A DNA stretch of 64,000 bases, from assembly GCA_965235115.1 (NCBI GenBank), contig OZ249436.1, forward strand, positions 32,056,001 through 32,120,000, read 5' to 3'. Positions 12,401 to 23,900 of the stretch are shown here, in pieces; position 1 is the first letter of the stretch; each line of letters begins with the position of its first letter. Source of the DNA: Laetmonice hystrix (taxonomy: Eukaryota). The position numbers were made by a program, and so were the translations under genes. The notes below the pieces were generated by a model that saw only the letters and a program-made list of their open reading frames with translations, had not been told where the DNA came from and did no database searches.

Positions 12401-14657
12401 GCTGTCTACTACAAAGATGTATTTTGGCAAAGGGAAGGGATGAAAAACAGTTATTCCATTTCTTCACAGTAATGATTACTAGTGTTAGTATTACTAATAG
12501 TGTTAGTGTATGTGAGAATCTCCCCAGCACATTTCATGGGGATTTTACCTTGGGGGATCTACCTGCCCTGATAGTGGACCGATAGTGGGACTGTGGAGGG
12601 ACCGATTGAGGGAGCGATAGTGGGATTGATGGAGGGACCCATAGTGGGACCGAGGGAGGGACCGATGGAGGGACCGATAGTGGGACTGATGGAGGAAACG
12701 ATGGAGGGACCGATAGTGGGACCGATGGAGGGACCGATAGTGGGACCGATGGAGGGACCGATGGAGGGACCGATGGAGGGACCGATAGTGGGACTGATGG
12801 AGGAAACGATGGAGGGACCGATAGTGGGACCGATGGAGGGACCGATAGTGGGACCGATGGAGGGACCGATGGAGGGACCGATGGAGGGACCGATGGAGGA
12901 ACCGATGGACCGAGATGTAATGTCGTGGTGTGTTTTGTTATAGGAAGGTCACGCGGTCAGTGTCAGGCTACGAGTCGGTCAGATGAGTTGTATCGAGTTC
13001 GCCGCCATGATGGGATACGCCGACATGCTAACTGCTATCATTGACAACTCTCCAAACGCAGACACCCTGCGCAAATACTTCGCACTTGATGGTTAGTGAC
13101 TTTTATTCACATGCACATTTGATGCACATTACAACAACGGGGATACTACAGAGTTCTGCAGATGTCATATGTCCAAACTGTTTAAGGCATGACTGATATA
13201 GAATTCTGCATCGAGTCAGTCTTTTTATGATCTACAATAGTTTAGAAAGGCCACAGCAGAATCTAAGAGAAAGTCGTACCTCAGATTATCATTCCTAGGT
13301 GATTATACATGTATCTGGAATCATTGAGGCCATATTTTTTGCTTAATAAAGGTATTATTAAACTGAAATCTATTATTATGTTATGAACAGCCTGGTGCAT
13401 ATTGTAATGTACGCAGAGAGAAGTTAGAACTTCACACCACTGTCATTCACAATTTTGCGTAACGGCCTTTGCTTACACTAACCTGAGACAAGTAGGGTTT
13501 AACATGGCGTCGTGGACAGAGATCCGCGGCAGATATGCCTTACCTGAGCATACCATACCGCGTAGTCTTATGTAACCGATACGGGACATATTATGTAACC
13601 CCTATCATGTAGACACTGCAGCTACTAGGGGGTATTTTCTAATTATCGCAGGCCTCATTTCATTTCATTCTTGGAACGCCAAGTACCAGTTACTGGTCGG
13701 CCAGTATTATACAAGCTAAGTCCGAACTTGAGAGATTACTTCTCGATTTCGACTAAGGAGTTTTCCAAAAGACTTTTAGGCCATGACGTCATACATTTTG
13801 TACAGCGCAAACAAATATTAGAGAACATTAAGTTGTTGAGATAGAAACAGACCAAGGTGCGCCTTCACCTTGAGTATCTGGTGATGTGTACGAAACTCTC
13901 CATGTAAGATTTTGTTTCTCAATTTTTAAACAAATGTGGCTCTGCCAGCCGAAGCCACAATGTAATAATGATGGAAGCTGTCTAAGCAGTATGTAAGCTG
14001 GGTGCTCTGGTTGAAGTTATGTTCTCTGTATTACATTAGAGTGAGCAACAATACAACATACAATGTATATCATGTAGCATGTAATATTGACATTTTCATT
14101 TAGATTCTTTTACGATGCTTGTTTTCTGATGTTTTCAGATGTAGTAGAGAGGGCGTACATGATCTCTCGAAACAAAGATATCTTCTTTAGTCAGGGGGCC
14201 CTGGCGGAAGCCAACCGGTACGAGGCGGCCCTCTTCACGGCCGTCGAGTACGACCGTCCCGAGTGTGTCCAGGTGATGCTTGGATACCTCGGCCGCAAGG
14301 ACCCGCCGAGACACTGCTTCATTGTGGCCGATAACCGACAGAATCTGTCGGCGTCTGAACTTGCCAAAATTCGGGGTGAGTTTATTCACTGGTTTACTCT
14401 GAACATATGAACGTGGTTTTAGAATTCTTCTTGTAGACAGGCCAATTAACCAGGCTTATTATCCAGAATAGCAGCCCCCAGAAAGAGAGTCAGTAGTTGT
14501 TCTTTCCTGCCGTATCAGGTATACATGCGTGATGAATCTACGATAATGAAACAAGCATACTTCTGATACAGTCACATAATAGAGTAATTATTTTCCAGGT
14601 TACACCAAGTGTCAAGAACTCCTAGAGAGCCACCTGAGGACGTGCGTCCAGGTCTAA
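9485..14657 (+). CDS. Spliced gene encoding a 204-aa protein with about 4 degenerate ankyrin repeats. Exons 9485-9510, 9912-10056, 12944-13091, 14139-14375, 14599-14657
   Basis: All introns are GT-AG and phase-compatible; 615 nt = 205 codons, MPSIQEVHRSWKM...SHLRTCVQV*. Ankyrin-like helix-turn-helix segments: TSPLEEAVYNNDVETFRVLVKEG, MSCIEFAAMMGYADMLTAIIDN, EAALFTAVEYDRPECVQVMLGY, LSASELAKIRGYTKCQELL. The first exon/ATG is the least certain part. Confidence 0.8.
10030..10392. repeat. Minisatellite, 45-bp unit, about 8 copies, spanning the exon-2 donor of the ankyrin gene
   Basis: Unit aaacgttcagggcctgggtaaaggtgggtgttatgttatggatgt. The first copy is the exon end plus the AAG|GTGGGT donor at 10056/10057. 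Confidence 0.95.
12568..12915. repeat. Minisatellite, 12-bp unit (gggaccgatgga / gggaccgatagt)
   Basis: Direct periodicity; the array ends about 28 nt upstream of the acceptor at 12943. Confidence 0.9.
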
Positions 14658-15845
14658 TAACCCTCTATCGGCGGCTCGATGAACCTCTCCTTCCGACTTC
14701 CGCCGCCAGGTGGTTAATATCCTGCAGAAACACCTTTTGAATCAGTGTGCAACCAGGGGGCGCGACGATCGCTCTGTCCCCCGGCGGCACCCCCCCCCCC
14801 CCCCCCCCCCCGAACCGACCGTGATGCATACTTAAAGTTTAAACAGAATTTGCATCGCTCTAAATCTCTCACAAATATATCCGGACTATGTAATAGGGGT
14901 AGAAAAGTGTAGTTCCAACTGAACTTTCCACCTGAATACAAGAAAGATACTTCCTGAAAGACGATGGCAATATTTCAGTGTATTCAGACTATTTGTCTGG
15001 CTTTCTGTGAAAGTTTGATAGCATTGCCTCCCAATAATGGAATCTTTTTGTAGTTTGAAGTTATGGTAGGAGTTCCACTCAGATGGGCTACTTTGAAACT
15101 GTTATTGACCAAGAACGGTACTACAGATAGAAAATTTCACTGCTGCAGTGGGAGATCGAGGTGGAGAAGGACATTTTCTTCCATTAGGAGGCATGTCATT
15201 ATCCTGTAGTCCCAAGTCCAGCTATACATTTATTGTGCACTGAAGGACTCGTAACGGCTGCATCCCAAACGAAAACTCCACTACATATCAAGGACTCCAT
15301 TCGGAGTGTTTGCTATATATCTTTGATATGTAATATGCAAAATATTTGACAGCCCAGAATTTAAGTGGCCATTCTTTAATGATACTGCTGATATGGTGTG
15401 ACACCCTGGCTAAGAAAGGTTGACCTAGGGATTTACAATAATGTTTTTATAAAGCCATAAAAATAGCTCTGTGGTCAAAGTCTGTTGAACATCTGTTGAG
15501 GAGAATCGTTTAATCTCCAAGACATTGTTAATTGTGTATAAAGTTATAATGAGGTAAATTTCGTTATTGAAATTTAACGTGCTGCAGATCATACAGTTTC
15601 TTTCATTCTTTTGATAAACAAGTAAATGTGAGTTAATTTTACTTTCATCAGTCGGTATTTGATCATCCACATAAATGGCTCAAACGTTGTAATATTAACA
15701 TTATTTATTACTTAGCAAATGTGTGATAATTTGCCAAGCCCTACTATTAATTGTTGACTATTGATTGTTCATTGAAACAAGGCATTTACAGGTATAAGTA
15801 CCACCAGTTTTAGAAATCTTAATAAAGTCACCCAAGTTAACATTA

Positions 15846-16115
15846 CAGTCTGTCCGCGCTAACTTGAGCCTAATGCATAGTCATGCCGGCCAATGGGTGA
15901 GCTAGGTGTTGGATACTACCCATGTGTAGGAGGGCAGAACATGGTTTGACCACAGGCAGCCAGATGCCGGCCACTGTCACTGAACCTGTACACACTGGTT
16001 TGAATGACAGGCCACTCTCGTCCCCCATTGGCCGGTATTGGGTTACGTCAGCACTGGGCCAACCCCCACCGTTAATGAGACCCCGCCCCGGGCTCAAGTT
16101 AACGCAGACAGACTG
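15846..16115. mobile_element. Tc1/mariner-type MITE (270 bp)
   Basis: TIRs cagtctgtccgcgctaacttgagcc / ggctcaagttaacgcagacagactg, with TA on both flanks. Confidence 0.8.
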
Positions 16116-18107
16116 TAAGTCTCGATAGACTGGTGTACAAATGTATATGTGACCAGCTGCAAGCTCTGTTCACAATGGTATTTGTTTTAACCTGCTGGGT
16201 TTCTATCCCACTAGGGTGAGGTTCTATTCAACAAATACAGTTTTTCAATGTTTAAACTAAACAAAATCTTATAGCAAATTGAGGATCCTTCACAGGCTGC
16301 TAACATGAATGCACACATACGCAAACCCGTATAAATACATGCACACATACACACATATTACGTCACTGGATTGCCCGTGTATTTCAAGCCCCATTAGTTT
16401 TTGTGTATTATTTGATACGGTTTTTGCATGTATTTACATGGATTGTTTTGCTTATATATGTTATATTTTAAAGTCTTTGCAGTAGAAACTGTTTTTCTAG
16501 TTGTTTTACCTTATATCACCAAAATACTGGTCGGTATTTCAAGCGTTAAGTTTGCAACATGACTGAATCAGATTCATGCTTGTTAAAAATCTCTTGTGTG
16601 ATAATTATTCACAGGTAGAACGAAGAATTCATATAAGTAATTTCTTTCATCATCTCATTCGTTGTCTGGTGCTACAAACTACGCAAGCAGCTCTCTGCGG
16701 TGATAGTGCAGTGCATGCAGCAGCACCGGTCTCAGTTGGTTGAACCCTGGACTGATGAGTCCAAGGTTAAGATATTCTATGTCAGTGACACTGACCTAAA
16801 GGAACCAAAGTCTCAGAAATCTGATCTGTGTTGTTGACATAACGATCTGGCCCTTGGACGGGTAGGAAACAAAACGGCATGTACCTTGAACAAGAAATAA
16901 CGGTACCAGAGTCTACAAAACCTCGTTTTTTGTTATTGTTTTGTTTCATTTTTAGCTTTTCCTCTTAGTGGCCAGATATTATGATCTAGTATTCTAGTTA
17001 AAGGTAATTTTGTTACCACTCTTAACTTAAACTACCTACTGGTACCTATAACTTTATATGGCCAGTTTTTAGGCCAACAATTGCGGAGTGAAAACAATTT
17101 TTGTTTCAATTTTGTGATGTTTTTCAGCTATCGGAATGTAGTAGCTTTTGTATTATGTTGCTATTTCTAAATGCTGCATGATCACCATTGTTTTATATAT
17201 TTAATATATTTTGATTAAAAAAGGCATTGGAGATGACCCACTCCGTGAGTGCATTGTAAGATTGCTGCATTAGATAATCAAATTATAACGAGTCTATTGA
17301 ATATACAGGGAATTATTTTTAAACCCAAAAACTTTGGATTCAATTGGCTAGTCATAAGTAAATCTGCTGAAATGAAACGAAAATGTATCAAATGAAGTTT
17401 TCCTGGAATTAAGGATCTGTGACCTTATTATCCAGCAAGAAAAACTTTGATGGGCTCCCTGAAAATTTCGAAAAGGATTTGTCAGATTTGACATGTTGAA
17501 ATATACAGGTGTATCTAACCACTGACACTTACACTGATAGCTAACCTGAAACGGGTGTGACTGAAAAAAGAAGTGTGTATACCTGCATACGATGTGTCTT
17601 CCGTGGGAGTGCCTTTAGTCAGTATTCATTAGAGTGAATACGCGTGGAACTCTCCACCCCACCTGCGTGATGTACAATCTAGTTTATCTCATACTTAGAA
17701 ACGGTCTAGTTCTAGTCGATTTCATTTTACTTGCCTGTTTATTCCTTGCGCCCCTTTGTATTGTAACATATTAATCTGCGGAAACGGAGCCTGTTCAGAA
17801 ATGACGTCAGTTGCATGACGTGGAGCAGGCAGGCGTAAAGGCCAGATACATGACAAAGAGTTTTTTTTCCTAGTCGTCAGTTCTTTTAGATTTAGGAATC
17901 GCATGTCGCACTCGTAGTCAGAAAGATACCCCGGTACAAATTCTTGAAGGAGTGATCTCCAAAGGCTGACATGTTGCATTGACTCGCGGTGTATAGTAAT
18001 GTACCTGCGTATATTTGTTAGTCCCTCCGCATACACGATGTGGGTTAGTTTGGTTTGACGCCAGTTTCTAGTAGAGATTGCACTGCTCGTGGCAGTTGGT
18101 GAATTAT

Positions 18108-18158
18108 GACATGGCACAGTGAATTATGACATGGCACAGTGAATTATGACATGGCACA
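18108..18158. repeat. Short tandem repeat, 20-bp unit, about 2.5 copies
   Basis: gtgaattatgacatggcaca repeated. Confidence 0.8.
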
Positions 18159-18493
18159 TTGGTATTGTCCAGTGGCTTGATCTGACCAATGGCTTCTCCG
18201 TCCGACCGTTGTTCAGGTCAGGACCTCAATTGATACAGTTGTTATCGCCTTGCCATGTAGCTCTGCTTCAAGTTTTACAAGTACCTAAACCAACTTCTGG
18301 CCCGACTTTTGTAGGATTGATAAGTCTGCCGGAAAATTTGCTTCCATTTCTTAAATGAGGTTGTACATTTTAATCATGTTGCAAAATAAATTAAATCAAA
18401 ATGAGCCTTTGGGTTTTCATAGAACTTTGTGCCTGAAGTGAAATGTTTTGAGGTTTCGTCCTGATGCAAAAGATGGCTTCTACCAACATTAAC

Positions 18494-18600
18494 CAAAGTA
18501 ATGTTCGGCGCCATAAATCCCAAAGTAATGTTCGGCGCCATAAATCCCAAAGCAATGTTCGGCGCCATAAATCCCAAAGTAATGTTCGGCGCCATAAATA
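18494..18600. repeat. Tandem repeat, 27-bp unit, about 4 copies
   Basis: aaagtaatgttcggcgccataaatccc repeated; it generates the spurious MAPNITLGF ORFs. Confidence 0.9.
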
Positions 18601-20924
18601 AAGTATCTTCTGGTTACCTTGTGTGTTATGGAAGGACTTTTTGCCCGCATCCAAATACCAATAAAATTTTAAAAGATATGTCCCAGCACCAACAAATAAC
18701 TTCCCAATATTAACACATAACTGATGTCATTACTTCACTACACTGTTTATTGAACAAGTAACGTTTTTACGACATATGCGATCTACACTCCAGAAAAATG
18801 TGCTAATGTCGGTGCCAGTTCAGGCTGAGTATGAAAGACATCAGTTGCTGCTTGGGATAACTCAAAACGATACATCATTAAGACTTGACAGAAAAAATAA
18901 ACTTTTGTGGTATGATTTGTATGTTAGCACTGGAAATCGTGTGTACAGTTCGAGGACGGATCTGCGATTTTTAAGAAAAGGGCGGAGTGGGGAGGGGGGC
19001 GGGGGGTTTACTCTAGGTTACAATGTACGTAAGATACCATCCATTTGGATCCGCCCTCTGTAGTTCTAGATGTATTACACTGAAAAAACTACTTGAGTCG
19101 AAATAATCTAGAAATTAAGGCCTCTTCCTTCATGTATAGCATAGAGCTGCGGGAGACGAAGCGCAGAGTGACTCAGTCTTGTTTATTGTAACCCTACCGC
19201 AGGCCGTAACTAAAGAACCCGCATTATGTAACGTATCTTTTATAACGTAAAAAGCTGACAAAGATGTTCACAAAGATGTTGATATAAATTACCTTCAAGC
19301 AATATTCCATCTTTGGTACCTCAGTTATAAAGAAGTTCCTCACCGAGTTATATCACCGCTATACATGAACACTAAACAAGATGTTTCAAACATAATCACA
19401 AAGACTGAATATCAATAAGTTACTCTAAGTAGGTGTGTCTTTCAGACACTTAAAAGTCAGTTTTGAATAGTACAACTTGGGTCGGACAGTCGTGGACAAC
19501 AATGAGAGTCGGAGATATAATTTATTTACGTTGTAAAATAGCGTCATGTTTTCATATAGTACCCAATAAAACAACTCTTGCCGTCAACCATACAAAATAG
19601 CGAACGACCACTTCCATTGAGTATTATAGGCTACTTGTACAAATACAATTTTCCTCTGGGTACTTATGAATGATGATCGATGGGGACGATGCCTGTGTAG
19701 TATATCTGGCCTTTTCAAATCACGACATAGCAAAACTATCTATATTTTGATTAACGTTTCCAAAAATCTTATGAACACATAGGTACAAAATTAATATAAA
19801 AGTAACTATATAATTACTATAAATATTCAAGTATAGACCTAAACGTTGCTAAGTTATCATTAAAGCCTTAAAGCCTTGGAATGGATACCTAAAATAGGTG
19901 GAAACAGTAATAATGAGGTTAAAAGAATAGCTCGTCTATGGCAGGGAGGGTCTCGTTGCTTTTTTGTTTTTGGATTTTTGATACAACATATTCCAAGGCA
20001 AAATATCAGTACTATCTGTCTACTGTCAATAATGATTACTACATGTGCAGCGAATAGATTATCACCAGTATCAACAGGGCCCAGTACACAGAATCCCTCG
20101 TATTCTTCTCTATCATCGCTCATAACCATGGCAATGCCTGCCCAGTCGGAATTAACGTTCCATAGTTTCAAATAACACCTCAATAAAACTAGGCCGACGT
20201 AAACACATATTTGTTTTACCTTCTGATGTCGTAATCCAGGAAATGCTGCTCAAACGCTTGCTCGCGATTCAAACATTTTTAGTTGAAACCGCTTCTCCGT
20301 TTTCCGCAAACAGATCTTCAGCAACATCCTCTGAACTGGTCCCTTTACTTGCGACTATACACGTTTCAATCATTACGTTATAGTTCTCTATACTAAACGT
20401 ATGTTTATGGTAAATATAACGCATATAAGGACATTTCTAGCAGACTTTGTGATTAATAAGAGTCAGCATACGACATATCCCAACTAAATTAACAAGTACA
20501 ATACCCTGTTCTATATTTAGATCTATAAAACACTTTACATGTCTCGCATGATGTAATAAAGCAGGTGAAGGCGGTGCTTGACATTACAGGGTCAAGCATA
20601 ATATACTCAGGCACACTTTAATAACAATCAGAAACTATTAAATACCCATGACCAATACCCATGACCCATGACCCATGACGGACAGATCTCGGAACATGTT
20701 CCAAAACAAAATTCTATATAATGTGCCGTCAGACATTGCAATAGCCCTTTTGTAATTATCATTATAGTAGCTACGTAGAGAGATCTATAATGCTCTGTAG
20801 TTATAATAAGCTTGTACCAATATCATTATTTGATATAATGTGTATTCTTCATACAGCTGATTCAAAGATACGGAACGTTTTCTAAGAAAATCGGTATTTA
20901 TTAGGATTCCGACGAATGACCGAT

Positions 20925-23900
20925 TTAATTTCTGCCAACTATCCCACAGAGCAGAGTGCGATAGTCTCCGCTCGTGTCGTGTTTGATGAAGTTCCACAAC
21001 GTCTGTCGGTACTTCTCCAGGAAACACTGTTTGATCTGTACCATGTCAATCTGCAGGTAAGACAAAACAAAATGTGGGTAGTACGACATTATAGAATGAA
21101 ACATGGCTCTATATATCTCAAATACAACATACCCATAGCTTGAACACTTTGATTTGGTTTAACTGGAGAAAACGAACCTAATCTATTATTATTATAAACA
21201 TGAATTAGCATAAACTTAGGCATGAGACGATCAGACCTTTGGTGGAAGTATTTCTAAACCTGGCCTATAAATGTCATTATGTTCTGACATTGTGTTGCTG
21301 TGGCCCACGTCAGGTGACCAAGGGGGTGGATTCAGGATTTTGGAAAGGGCAAAAGGTGTAAACCCGACACAGATGAGATCCAAGAGGGTCAATTCATGAA
21401 ATTCTGAACAAAATGAAAATTTTGTGCCAAATGGGCTGTCCTTGATCCCCATCGAGCACGCTTGAGATCCACCCCTATATAGGCCTATAGCAGGGTTATG
21501 TACATGTCTAATACGTACCTCTGACCGGGAGATGACCACTCGGATGAGAGTAGCGTCACTGGTTCCCAAGCCTTTCATGGCCTTGTAAAGACGCTCGGCA
21601 AAGTACATCGGGCGACACTTGATGTTCTGGGCTGCAAGTCGGCAAAAGTTAGCTTTAGTTAGTATTTACCAGTACAAGGAGGAGCCACGGGACACGTACG
21701 GGTCGGACATATTATTATATCCATTCATCTAAATGGTGCCGTTCACCACCGTGGAAATGAATACACATGATTGTAACGGATAGAATTCATACATTATAGT
21801 CAAGAAGAACCCACAGATTAATGAACTTAAAAAATTTCACAAATTTCACAATTGTTATTATTTTGTACTGGAATACATAAAAAATTATATTGGACTACTG
21901 ATGTTAACATACAGCTTACCAATAGCAAGAAGTCCTCGTTTGAAATTCCCGGATGTTTCTCTCTCGACTGAGTTCATGATGTCACGCTGGGTGAGCTGTT
22001 AAATAAAATCTATAGTAAACCACTAAGACATCATACCACTATCATACTTGGAATCTAACATATAGCCTTGCCCTATAGTATATGTGGCAGTCAGAATGAC
22101 TGAAGGTGGCTTACCTTCACATACTCGTCCCACACTGTACCATCATACCACTATCATACTTGGCATCTAACATATAGCCTTGCCCTATAGTATCTGTGGC
22201 GGTCAGAATGACTGAAGGTGGCTTACCTTCACATACTCGTCCCACACTGTACCATCATACCACTATCATACTTGGCATCTATAGCCTTGCCCTATAGTAT
22301 ATGTGGCGGTCAGAATGACTGAAGGTGGCTTACCTTCACATACTCGCCCCACACTGTACCATCATACCACTATCATACTTGGCATCTAACATATAGCCTT
22401 GCCCTATAGTATCTGTGGCAGTCAGAATGACTGAAGGTGGCTTACCTTCACATACTCGTCCCACACTGTACCATCATACCACTATCATACTTGGCATCTA
22501 TAGCCTTGTCCTATAGTATACATGTATGTGGCGGTCAGAATGACTGAAGGTGGCTTACCTTCACATACTCGTCCCACACTGTACCATCATACCACTATCA
22601 TACTTGGCATCTATAGCCTTGTCCTAGTATCTGTGGCAGTCAGAATGATTGAAGGTGGCTTACCTTCACATACTCGTCCCACACTGTACCATCATACCAC
22701 TATCATACTTGGCATCTATAGCCTTGTCCTAGTATCTGTGGCAGTCAGAATGATTGAAGGTGGCTTACCTTCACATACTCGTCCCACACTGTACCATCAT
22801 ACCACTATCATACTTGGCATCTAACATATAGCCTTGCCCTATAGTATCTGTGGCGGTCAGAATGATTGAAGGTGGCTTACCTTCACATACTCGTCCCACA
22901 CTGTACCATCATACCACTATCATACTTGGCATCTATAGCCTTGTCCTATAGTATCTGTGGCGGTCAGAATGATTGAAGGTGGCTTACCTTCACATACTCG
23001 TCCCACACTGTACCATCATACCACTATCATACTTGGCATCTATAGCCTTGTCCTATAGTATACATGTATGTGGCGGTCAGAATGATTGAAGGTGGCTTAC
23101 CTTCACATACTCGTCCCACACTGTACCATCATACCACTATCATACTTGGCATCTAACATATAGCCTTGCCCTAGTATATGTGGCGGTCAGAATGACTGAA
23201 GGTGGCTTACCTTCACATACTCGTCCCACACTGTACGCATGGTGTAGTAATCCTGAGTGGAGAAGATCCGTACAAACGTTTCTTCATCCGTGCCCCATCT
23301 CTCCTCGCCACATTCGTGAAGTTCCTGTGCCATTCTACTGGCCCGCCTCACGTTACATAACTGAAAACCTCAAACTTATGGAGATCATGCTGCATGCGTG
23401 ATTACTAAACTTGTCAATACGCCATTCTACTGGCCCACCTCACGTTACATAACTGAAAACCTCAAACTTATGGCGATCATGCTGCATGGGCGTGATTACT
23501 AAACTTGTCAATACGTCATTCTACTGGCCCACCTCACGTTACATAACTGAAAACCTCAAACTTATGGCGATCATGCTGCATGGGCGTGATTACTAAACTT
23601 GTCAATACGTCATTCTACTGGCCCGCCTCACGTTACATAACTGAAAACCTCAAACTTATGGAGATCATGCTGCATGGGTGTGATTACTAAACTTGTCAAT
23701 ACATGAACGCCATTCTACTGGCCCACCTCACGTTACATAACTGTCGAAGAAAACCTCAAACTTATGGAGATCATGCTGCATGGGTGTGATTACTAAACTT
23801 GTCAATACATGAACGCCATTCTACTGGCCCACCTCACGTTACATAACTGTCGAAGAAAACCTCAAACTTATGGAGATCATGCTGCATGGGTGTGATTACT

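Noticed and set aside
12593..12943. (MEGP/IVGP)n ORF, superficially collagen-like
   Set aside because: A 12-bp intronic minisatellite ending at the acceptor TAG; no Gly-X-Y period.
14643..14657. C-terminal CVQV of the ankyrin protein as a CaaX prenylation motif
   Set aside because: Gln at the a2 position is unfavourable; this cannot be supported without conservation data.
22522..22824. Plus-strand repetitive ORF
   Set aside because: Antisense reading of the donor-containing array inside an annexin intron.
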